Assembly: GCA_028279045.1 (NCBI GenBank)
Contig: JANQSZ010000022.1
Location: forward strand, 16,388 to 80,387
Direction of reading: 5' to 3'
DNA: 64,000 bases
Origin: Candidatus Nanoarchaeia archaeon
GTDB taxonomy: Archaea; Nanobdellota; Nanobdellia; Woesearchaeales; UBA10216
The translations under genes and the position numbers were made by a program. Of the stretch, positions 12,549 to 19,382 are shown one piece after another. The notes under the pieces were generated by a model. The model saw only the letters and a list, made by a program, of their open reading frames with translations, did no database searches and had not been told where the DNA came from. Position 1 is the stretch's first letter. Every line of letters begins with the position of its first letter.

Positions 12549-13358
12549 ATGAAACAGAAGATCAGCATAACGGTTGAAGATGACCTGGTTGGGCAGCTAG
12601 ATGGACTGGTAGATCATGTTACTGTTCGAAACAGATCACAGGCTATTGAGCAGTTGATTCGGAAAGGGCTGGGAACAAAACGAACTGCTGTGATATTGGC
12701 TGGTGGGCCGGAAGCGAAAATTCAACTGCAAAATGGAGAATACCGGATAGCAGCGAAAATTGGGAAAGAGCGAGTTATTGAACGCGTGCTTCGAACGTTG
12801 CGGGAAAATAATTTTAGAGATGTCATTATTATTGCACGGCCAAAAGTGCTGACTGCTGTATTTGATATTGTCAAGGATGGAAGCGGGCAGGATGTAAAGG
12901 TAGTGTATATCGAGGAGAAAACATCGAAAGGGACTGCCGATACACTGCGACACGTGCAAGGAAAATTGCAGACGCGATTCTTGGTGGTGTATGGACATAT
13001 TCTTTTTGATCGGGTGAATATTGAAGAATTATGGCAGCAACATTTGAATGGAAATAGTGTTGCTACGCTGATGTTGACAACGACAAGTGAACCATCTGAA
13101 AAGGGAGCGGTGAAAATGGAAGGGAACCGGATTGTGGATTTTGTGCAGAAGCCGAAAGCGTCTGATAGTCACCTTGTGTTTTCTCCAATTTTTGTTGGCG
13201 AGCCGGAATTGTTGAATCGCAGCGGAACGAGTTTGGAGTATCATGTGTTTCCAAAACTCGCTGAGCAAGGATTGCTCGCAGGTCATTTGAGTTCTGAGAA
13301 GGAAGTGCATATTCACGATGCTAGCGACGTGAAAACTGCAGAGAGGGACATGTCCTAA
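12549..13358 (+). CDS. ribbon-helix-helix (CopG/NikR-like) DNA-binding domain fused to a degenerate NTP-transferase domain
   Basis: N-terminal KQKISITVEDDLV...NRSQAIEQLI (RHH), then AVILAGG...GTADTL...FVQKP (nucleotidyltransferase fold). Confidence 0.82.
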   Translation: MKQKISITVEDDLVGQLDGLVDHVTVRNRSQAIEQLIRKGLGTKRTAVILAGGPEAKIQLQNGEYRIAAKIGKERVIERVLRTLRENNFRDVIIIARPKVLTAVFDIVKDGSGQDVKVVYIEEKTSKGTADTLRHVQGKLQTRFLVVYGHILFDRVNIEELWQQHLNGNSVATLMLTTTSEPSEKGAVKMEGNRIVDFVQKPKASDSHLVFSPIFVGEPELLNRSGTSLEYHVFPKLAEQGLLAGHLSSEKEVHIHDASDVKTAERDMS

Positions 13359-13372
13359 GGACATGAGGACAC
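13344..13372. repeat. satellite cluster of GGACA/TGTCC boxes
   Basis: agggacatgtcctaaggacatgaggacac: GGACA at 13346, 13359 and 13367, TGTCC at 13351. Confidence 0.75.
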
Positions 13373-13407
13373 GATATTTTATAAGTTGAGCTAGGTCTCT
13401 TTTTGGT

Positions 13408-13821
13408 ATGACTATGGATAAAGTTATTGCTGAACTGCTTCCGAGAACTGTTGAAAGTGAGGAAGAGCCATGGCAGGAAGCTGTGCGCGTTAAGGAAAAC
13501 AGAATTGAAGTTGACTACAATCTAAGAGGTTTTGCCACAGAAACCCTGTATAGACCTCATCTCAACAGAACTGTGGAGCGCATCCCTTGGCAAAATTCTT
13601 GGAATGTTCACATGGCACTCATGCTGTATGCAGAATCTCAAGGTGTTGAAGGAGAGGTTTGTTTTGAGGATACATCGAATGGGCTGGAGATTCATTTACC
13701 TGGTGCGATGATGGAACTGGATAGCACTAAAAGATACTTCAAGTTTGTCTATACGCCTGAACGCAGAGAGCTTGTAGAAGATTTCATTCAGTTAATGACA
13801 GGCGGCATAGAAATACAGTAG
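13408..13821 (+). CDS. hypothetical protein
   Basis: 137-aa ORF preceded by TATA-like ttttataa; no motif recognised. Confidence 0.6.
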   Translation: MTMDKVIAELLPRTVESEEEPWQEAVRVKENRIEVDYNLRGFATETLYRPHLNRTVERIPWQNSWNVHMALMLYAESQGVEGEVCFEDTSNGLEIHLPGAMMELDSTKRYFKFVYTPERRELVEDFIQLMTGGIEIQ

Positions 13822-13832
13822 CCTCAGTAAGC

Positions 13833-13840
13833 TTTATAAA
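13833..13840 (+). promoter_or_regulatory. TATA box of the 5S rRNA gene
   Basis: tttataaa about 22 nt upstream of the predicted 5S 5' end. Confidence 0.6.
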
Positions 13841-13861
13841 GGGTCGATTGTTTCTTGCTTC

Positions 13862-13979
13862 TGACGAACGGTCATAGCCGTCTGGCTCTACCCGATCCCA
13901 TTTCGAACTCGGCCGTCAAGCGGACGCACGTTCACGTGAGTACTGCCGTCTGGCAGAAAAGCGAGTTCGCTGTTCGTCA
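13862..13979 (+). rRNA. rrf: 5S ribosomal RNA (stand-alone)
   Basis: terminal helix tgacgaacgg/ctgttcgtca; conserved ggtcatagc, acccgatcccatttcgaactcg and agtact elements; followed by a T-rich tract. Confidence 0.92.
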
Positions 13980-13981
13980 CT

Positions 13982-15007
13982 TTATTTTTCTACGTGAAAA
14001 TCTTTGTAATCTTCTAGATTTAGTCTATCGAAAGCTACAAGTGCTACTAGCCCTGGATAAAGCAATGCGCGGTCGAAAGGACTTCGATCTGGGTCATTCC
14101 TAACATTGCCTTTGTAGTTGTCCTTGATGAAGTCGCGAACACCTGCAGAATTGACAAAAGTTAATTCGTGATTTTCTCCAGCATCTTCTGGAGGGTTTAG
14201 GGTAAATCTTGACCTGATAGTATCCGCACTTATGGTTGGTGCAATAGAAAACAAGTATACAATTTCATTTGCAACTAACCTGTCTTCATATCTTGCTACA
14301 AGGCTAATAGATGATATTTCTTCTCGTTTAATTCCTGTTTCAGGTGTTAATTCAGAATCGATAAATTGGTCTGTTATTGATCCATCTCCGACGGGAAAGT
14401 TATCAGACATGGACAATGAACCAGCAACAATGTGATGTGTATTAGGATAACTTCTTCCAGCTCTGAGCGTGATAATTCTGTATGAATCAACTAGCATTTC
14501 ATCTGGAGCGACGACGATTCCGCCGACGGAAACTTTCTGAATTGGGCTTGGAATGCCTGCGCGGCTAAGCTGGGTTTCATAGCTATGTCCAGGACCAAGT
14601 GTCAAATGTAATGTATCATTAAGGATGTCGTAACCATGGTTTGTTTCGCCGAGAGTTTGCTCGTTTGCCCACCACGGCAAATTAATCAATTCATGGTGTT
14701 GCTCCCAATCTAGTTGGAGTTCTGCAAAAACTTCTCGAAACAAATCGTGATTCCAATAGAAATCTAAAACTGCTTGAGCTCGGCCTTCAGGAATATTAAA
14801 TTTGTCAAACTGCTCATCGAAATTTTGTTCATACCAGGCAGCTCCAACAGTAATTAGTTCATCGCCAAGGGCTGCTGCTTTGCTTGTATCAATAGCGCCG
14901 TCCACGCCTTCCCGCTCAGGCTCGAATGAGTGGGTGATTGCCTCAGGATGCAAAGATCTGGGATAGCGAACAATGCGTTTATTGGAAAATAACTCGTCGA
15001 TAGACAT
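13982..15007 (-). CDS. hypothetical protein, possibly degenerate Nudix fold in the C-terminal half
   Basis: 341-aa ORF; SVGGIVV...HIVAGS...ELTPETGI resembles a degenerate Nudix box. Confidence 0.55.
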   Translation of the reverse strand: MSIDELFSNKRIVRYPRSLHPEAITHSFEPEREGVDGAIDTSKAAALGDELITVGAAWYEQNFDEQFDKFNIPEGRAQAVLDFYWNHDLFREVFAELQLDWEQHHELINLPWWANEQTLGETNHGYDILNDTLHLTLGPGHSYETQLSRAGIPSPIQKVSVGGIVVAPDEMLVDSYRIITLRAGRSYPNTHHIVAGSLSMSDNFPVGDGSITDQFIDSELTPETGIKREEISSISLVARYEDRLVANEIVYLFSIAPTISADTIRSRFTLNPPEDAGENHELTFVNSAGVRDFIKDNYKGNVRNDPDRSPFDRALLYPGLVALVAFDRLNLEDYKDFHVEK

Positions 15008-15103
15008 GGGAGAAGGCTAATCTACCCAATTTTATAAGAATTTGGGCGTACTCTCACTTTTTGGTCCGATAGGCTTATATAACCCTGGTGCCTAACTGGG
15101 ATT

Positions 15104-15610
15104 ATGTTTGTTCGCATCAAGAAAATCAAGGGAAAGCCCTATGCTTACGCTGTGGAGAACAGTTGGACACCAAAGGGAACGCGGCAGAAGGTGAGCAAGT
15201 ATCTTGGTAGGGTTACTCCGCTTGCAAGGGTTGACACCAAACCGTTTGCGCCAGATGAGGGTATCCCAGGGTTTGTGGATTCGAACGATTTTCCAGCGGT
15301 TGTGAAAGCGCTGACAGAGCACGAATTGAGCAACCATGAGCCCGGGGTTGAGGTAGATATCACGTCGAGAAAAGTTAGGCACCAAGGGAAAGATGCAGTG
15401 ATTCAGATGAACGAAGGATTTCTGAGCGCATTCACTTTAGGAGCGCTCCTCGACTATAAACCGGGGAAAGACAACACCGGGAAGACGTTGGCAGAGTTGA
15501 TTTTGGCTGCCGGATTGAAGCCAGAGTCAGAGATTTTTGTGTATTTGTATGAGAAATCACGACGTGAAACAGCCCAGAAAGAAGTTATCAAAGAAGATTT
15601 CTATTACTGA
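15104..15610 (+). CDS. hypothetical protein with an IS1634-like N-terminal DNA-binding hairpin and no DDE domain
   Basis: MFVRIKKIKGKPYAYAVENSW...RQKVSKYLGR; only 168 aa. Confidence 0.6.
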   Translation: MFVRIKKIKGKPYAYAVENSWTPKGTRQKVSKYLGRVTPLARVDTKPFAPDEGIPGFVDSNDFPAVVKALTEHELSNHEPGVEVDITSRKVRHQGKDAVIQMNEGFLSAFTLGALLDYKPGKDNTGKTLAELILAAGLKPESEIFVYLYEKSRRETAQKEVIKEDFYY

Positions 15611-16668
15611 AGTTTGAGCACGAGTTCTCCTTTACCTTCATCGACGTAATCAAACTCCTTGAAGTGCTTGAGTTTTTCCTTGACATAGGGCCAGCCTTTC
15701 TGCTTATGCTGAGCGATTATGGCCATCATCTCCTCGAGAACAGTGTAGTTGGTGTAGATCGTTTCTCCGGTTTTTGCAGATTCATCGATCTGCTGAACCA
15801 GGGAAGCGACCATTTGATCTTGCTGAGAGAGGATCATTTTGAGCTCGTCCCCCACGTCGTCAGGAGTCTCTGAAATCTGCTCGGAAAAGACCTCTGCTAG
15901 GGCATCGCTGAATGAGGATTTCTTTTCGCCTGGCTGGTTGAAAGGAGTGGCGTTTATTGGCCTTTCTTCCAGTTTAATCACGACGTGATCTCGCTCTGCC
16001 AAGAGTGTTTTGAGGGTTTGGAACAAAGTAGCGATATCGGTTTCGGTGAGCACTTTCATTTTTCGATCCTTGGAGATTTTGGAACGAGCGCAAAGTGCTT
16101 CTGCGTAATTTTTGCCTAGGCCGAGCTCTGCTGCCAGGAACTTCACCAAGGAGTCCATGGTGCTTTCTTGGACCAGTTTGGTGAAGGCTGGTTCGTCGAG
16201 AGACAGCGTGTTTATAGGAGCAGGAGGAGGGCTGTAGGGCTGGCCTGGCCGGAGGGAACGTGTCTTCCAATCGCGGCGCTCCAGCACTGTGATGATGGAG
16301 TCAGCATCAGCGAGTATGACATTTCCATGCCCAAAAAGCTCGAAAATCAGCTTAGAAGAGCTTGTTTTCTCGATTTCAAGGTTGAGTACTCGATCAAAAT
16401 TTCCTTGCGAAATGGAGCGTATTTTGCCGTTTTCGATGTGCTGGCGAAGCTTAAGGAGAAACGGTGTCGGATTGGGAAGAGAAGGTAATCTGATGGGGCT
16501 GAGAACGACGATACCGGGGAGAAAATGGAGAAAAATCTTGCCTTTAGCGTGGAGTTGGAGGGAGATGTGACGCTCATCATGCTGGAAAACTTTGTTGATT
16601 CTGGCACCGATGAGGTCTTGCCATTCTTCGACGAGCACAGCCAATTCGGGAGATGAGAGCGACTTCAT
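15604..16668 (-). CDS. NFACT family (RqcH/Rqc2-like) protein, N-terminal half only
   Basis: FLLKLRQHI, FDRVLNL, LIFELFGHGNVIL, LRPGQPYSPP and LGLGKNYAEAL; start set at ATG 16668. Confidence 0.85.
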   Translation of the reverse strand: MKSLSSPELAVLVEEWQDLIGARINKVFQHDERHISLQLHAKGKIFLHFLPGIVVLSPIRLPSLPNPTPFLLKLRQHIENGKIRSISQGNFDRVLNLEIEKTSSSKLIFELFGHGNVILADADSIITVLERRDWKTRSLRPGQPYSPPPAPINTLSLDEPAFTKLVQESTMDSLVKFLAAELGLGKNYAEALCARSKISKDRKMKVLTETDIATLFQTLKTLLAERDHVVIKLEERPINATPFNQPGEKKSSFSDALAEVFSEQISETPDDVGDELKMILSQQDQMVASLVQQIDESAKTGETIYTNYTVLEEMMAIIAQHKQKGWPYVKEKLKHFKEFDYVDEGKGELVLKLQ

Positions 16669-16687
16669 AGCAGTTCTACGGATAAAG

Positions 16688-16697
16688 TTTTTAAATA
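16688..16697. promoter_or_regulatory. shared bidirectional TATA element between the NFACT gene and the wHTH gene
   Basis: tttttaaata about 20 nt from both ATG 16668 (-) and ATG 16718 (+), consistent with leaderless transcripts. Confidence 0.5.
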
Positions 16698-16717
16698 AGC
16701 TTTTCGCTAGGATGGGC

Positions 16718-17299
16718 ATGAAGTTCTGGAGGTTAGGGGAACGCTGGAGAGAGCTCGACCAGTCGTTGGCATCATCGTTTACCAAGGTTCGTGGTGACAT
16801 AGCGGTGTCGTTTTCCTGGCTGAATTACCTGCGCGAGAAGGATAAAATCCATGATAGCAGGAACGAAAGGAACAGCTATTTCCTTGGAAAGATGTCTGCA
16901 GAGATAAGAGAATTGCAGCGCGAGATACAGATTCTGAAGGGACAAGTGGCGAAAGGACACGCAAGGACATTAGAAAGGACAAGTCAAGGACAAGTAAGGG
17001 ACGTGTCCCAGCCTAAGGTGATAGAAAAGAAGGACATTTCGCCACCAAAACCAACAACAATAGGGACAAGTGGGTTGCGTGCAAGCCAGTTGGAAGTCCT
17101 TAATGTTTTGTACGAATCGGACAGGCCGCTTGGATATAATGAGATTGCGCGCCGCCTGGGGAAGTCGGAGAAGAGTATTAGAAATATGATTTACGAATTG
17201 CGCGTTGCTGGTATTGGGGTGCTTGACAAACCCATTGGTTCGCGTGAAAAAGGATTCTATTTGGATGCTGAGACAAAGATAACTGTTTCTGGAAGATAA
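16718..17299 (+). CDS. coiled-coil plus C-terminal winged helix-turn-helix protein with an internal DNA repeat array
   Basis: N-terminal SFTKVRGDI...WLNYL, coiled coil EIRELQREIQIL, wHTH LRASQLEVLNVLY...YNEIARRLGKSEKSIRNMIYELR; alternative ATG at 16712. Confidence 0.8.
   Translation: MKFWRLGERWRELDQSLASSFTKVRGDIAVSFSWLNYLREKDKIHDSRNERNSYFLGKMSAEIRELQREIQILKGQVAKGHARTLERTSQGQVRDVSQPKVIEKKDISPPKPTTIGTSGLRASQLEVLNVLYESDRPLGYNEIARRLGKSEKSIRNMIYELRVAGIGVLDKPIGSREKGFYLDAETKITVSGR
16937..17071 (+). repeat. intragenic phased GGACA array
   Basis: GGAC(A/G) at 16940, 16955, 16965, 16977, 16988, 16999, 17032 and 17064; TGTCC at 17004. Confidence 0.85.
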
Positions 17300-17306
17300 T
17301 GTGTAT

Positions 17307-17393
17307 TGTCCTTAAGGACATGTCCTCATGTCCCTACAATAAGGGACAAGTCGGGACATTTCAAGGACACGTTAAGGACATCTCAAGGACAAG
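17307..17393 (+). repeat. intergenic GGACA array with palindromes
   Basis: perfect palindromes TGTCCTTAAGGACA (17307-17320) and AGGACATGTCCT (17315-17326), TGTCC at 17329, then GGACA at 17344, 17354, 17365, 17376 and 17387. Confidence 0.9.
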
Positions 17394-17402
17394 TCAGAAG
17401 AC

Positions 17403-17897
17403 TTATATGGCTCGTTTGATGCGCTTTAGAAGGCGTTCGAAGTCAGCCTTGGTTGCGCCTGTGGTATCGAATTCAATGACTTTATGGCCTGCTTCTCGGG
17501 CTTCATCGCCACATATGTCAAATATCTCTGCATCGAGGTTTTCCCTCACTTTTGCCTTTGAATAGCCTCTTTTCTCTAGGCGCCTTTTAAGGGGGGCTAA
17601 TTTGGTCCTGGTTACTATACAAAGTCTCACTTTTGCCTTTGGCAAGGCCTGTGAGAGGTGAGAATCCACTATAGAATCGCTGTTAAGTTCGCTTAACATA
17701 GCAGAAGTGAGCTTTTTGGTGTCGATTATGAGTGATTTGCGCTTCCGATCGTATCCAGACCTCACTTTTGCCCTGTTTTTGGGGTTTTCAAGGTATTTTG
17801 ACACACTAAAGTTCGCATAACCTAGTGAAAGTGAGAGTTTTTTAGCTAGGGTTGACTTGCCAGTTCCTGGTGTTCCAGTTACAATTATGAGGTTCAT
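17403..17897 (-). CDS. archaeal adenylate kinase, AK6/Fap7-like
   Basis: P-loop GTPGTGKST, IVDSHL and RLEKRGYSKAKVRENLDAE. Confidence 0.85.
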   Translation of the reverse strand: MNLIIVTGTPGTGKSTLAKKLSLSLGYANFSVSKYLENPKNRAKVRSGYDRKRKSLIIDTKKLTSAMLSELNSDSIVDSHLSQALPKAKVRLCIVTRTKLAPLKRRLEKRGYSKAKVRENLDAEIFDICGDEAREAGHKVIEFDTTGATKADFERLLKRIKRAI

Positions 17898-18014
17898 AGT
17901 GGAAAGTGACCTTTTTTGGCCTCTTTTTGGGTGTTTTTGGGTGCTTTAGAGTGAAAAGTGAGGGAAAACAAGTGAAAATACCCCCTTTTGTTAGGCACCA
18001 TAAAGCAAAGTGAG
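17545..18014. repeat. dispersed AAAGTGAG/CTCACTTT repeat family
   Basis: CTCACTTTTGCC at 17545, 17626 and 17761; opposite-orientation AAGTGA copies near 17705, 17828, 17903, 17955, 17970 and 18007. Confidence 0.75.
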
Positions 18015-18082
18015 TTTAAGCCCCTCAACCCCCTATTTTGAAGGCAGCTAACTATATAAACTATTAAAAGATTTGTATTGCT

Positions 18083-18658
18083 ATGGCAAATTCCTCGCCG
18101 GTAACTGTTATTTCTCTCGACGAGAAACGACTTCACAACGTAAATGATATTATTTTCTCCGACGAGACTCATCAGATTCTTTCACTTATAGAAAAGAAAG
18201 CACATACTGAAGTTCAAATAGAAGAAAAGTTATCTCTCGACGGGGCGACAGTCCATCAAATACTTGGAGGGCTGCTTACTGCAGGAGTTATTGAAGCGAA
18301 AAAACTCAAACGAGCAGGCGGTGTGATTCAGGCGTATCAGCTAAAGCGAAGTCCTGTTGTCGTTCTCCCGACGGTGAGACGCACTCTTTTCAGTAGGTTC
18401 AAACAGCTTATCCCAGTTATCACTGTAGTTGTGGTTGTTTCTGGGATACTGCAACTTGTGTATCAGCAGGGAACGAAAGCTGTGCTTGATGTCGTTGGCA
18501 TAGAAGCAGAAGATTCTGCTGTTACCGTCGCTGCCAACACTCCCACAGGGGAACTGAGCTTCCAAATAGCACCCTGGTTCTTGATCGGGGCAATCTTTGC
18601 GATACTGGTTTTTGTGGCATACGACTTTTGGAAAGAAAAGAATCTTGGGGCGAAATGA
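18083..18658 (+). CDS. membrane-anchored ArsR-like winged-HTH regulator
   Basis: ILSLIEKKAHTEVQIEEKLSLDGATVHQILGGLLTAGVIE followed by two hydrophobic helices. Confidence 0.7.
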   Translation: MANSSPVTVISLDEKRLHNVNDIIFSDETHQILSLIEKKAHTEVQIEEKLSLDGATVHQILGGLLTAGVIEAKKLKRAGGVIQAYQLKRSPVVVLPTVRRTLFSRFKQLIPVITVVVVVSGILQLVYQQGTKAVLDVVGIEAEDSAVTVAANTPTGELSFQIAPWFLIGAIFAILVFVAYDFWKEKNLGAK

Positions 18659-18945
18659 TAAAATACTTGGCAGTATTCCTCTTGATACTGGCAGGGTGCC
18701 AGCACGCTGTTGAAAGCGATCTTCCCGACAGCATGCTTATGTGCGATACGGATGCAGATTGTGCTGTAGGCGGGTGCTCAAACCAGCTCTGCGGGAATGC
18801 AGATGCTATCGAAGGAATCATTTCGACGTGTGAATACCGAGAAGAATACCAGTGCTTGGAGCTGAGCGCGTGTGGCTGTCATGCCGGACGATGCGGCTGG
18901 GAAGCAACAGATGATTTTAAAGCTTGCATGGAGCGATTTCGATGA
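18655..18945 (+). CDS. eight-cysteine-cluster domain lipoprotein
   Basis: lipobox LAGC; CDTDADCAVGGCSNQLC...STCEYREEYQC...CGCHAGRCGW. Confidence 0.8.
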   Translation: MIKYLAVFLLILAGCQHAVESDLPDSMLMCDTDADCAVGGCSNQLCGNADAIEGIISTCEYREEYQCLELSACGCHAGRCGWEATDDFKACMERFR

Positions 18946-19382
18946 CATGTGAATTATGTGGCAAACCAGGGGATACAAAGCGAGCTCTTGTAGAGGGCGT
19001 GGAGATGCTGCTCTGCAGTAACTGTGCTGGATACGGGAAAGCTATCAAGGTGCCGCCTGCTGCGCTCATGAAGGTACGGAAGCCTGTTCAACGCGTCGAA
19101 CCAGAATTGAGTGTTGTATCGAACTATTCCGTACTCATACGGCAGGCTCGGGAAAGCAAAGGAATGACGCAGAAAGAATTTGCCCAGCAGATGGCTGAAA
19201 AAGAGTCTGTAATCCAGCACCTGGAGAACGGGAAACTGGAACCGCCTTTGAAGCTCGCTAGGAAACTTGAACAGCGACTGAGTATTTCTCTTATCGAGGA
19301 AGTTAAGGCAGGAACAGTGCCGGAAGCGACCAAATCAGAAGGTTTTACTTTTGGCGATCTCATCAAGGTCAGAAAACGATGA
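18942..19382 (+). CDS. mbf1: archaeal multiprotein bridging factor 1 (Zn ribbon plus HTH)
   Basis: CELCG...CSNC, IRQARESKGMTQKEFA, KLEQRL and TFGDLIK. Confidence 0.9.
   Translation: MTCELCGKPGDTKRALVEGVEMLLCSNCAGYGKAIKVPPAALMKVRKPVQRVEPELSVVSNYSVLIRQARESKGMTQKEFAQQMAEKESVIQHLENGKLEPPLKLARKLEQRLSISLIEEVKAGTVPEATKSEGFTFGDLIKVRKR

Noticed and set aside
13855..14103. 82-aa ORF on the + strand
   Set aside because: Overlaps the 5S rRNA and the antisense of a longer gene; spurious
15104..15610. IS1634 insertion sequence
   Set aside because: No DDE domain, terminal inverted repeats or target duplication seen
16937..17393. GGACA arrays as a CRISPR array
   Set aside because: Repeat units are 5-10 bp with about 11-bp period, there are no 30-40-bp unique spacers, and no cas genes are in the window
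17299..17565. 88-aa ORF reading through the GGACA array
   Set aside because: Translation of the repeat region, antisense to the kinase, with no protein-like features; an ATG does overlap the upstream stop, so it is not strictly excluded
17894..18172. 92-aa minus-strand ORF across the repeat/T-tract gap
   Set aside because: Overlaps the start of the wHTH-TM gene on the opposite strand and has no recognisable motif
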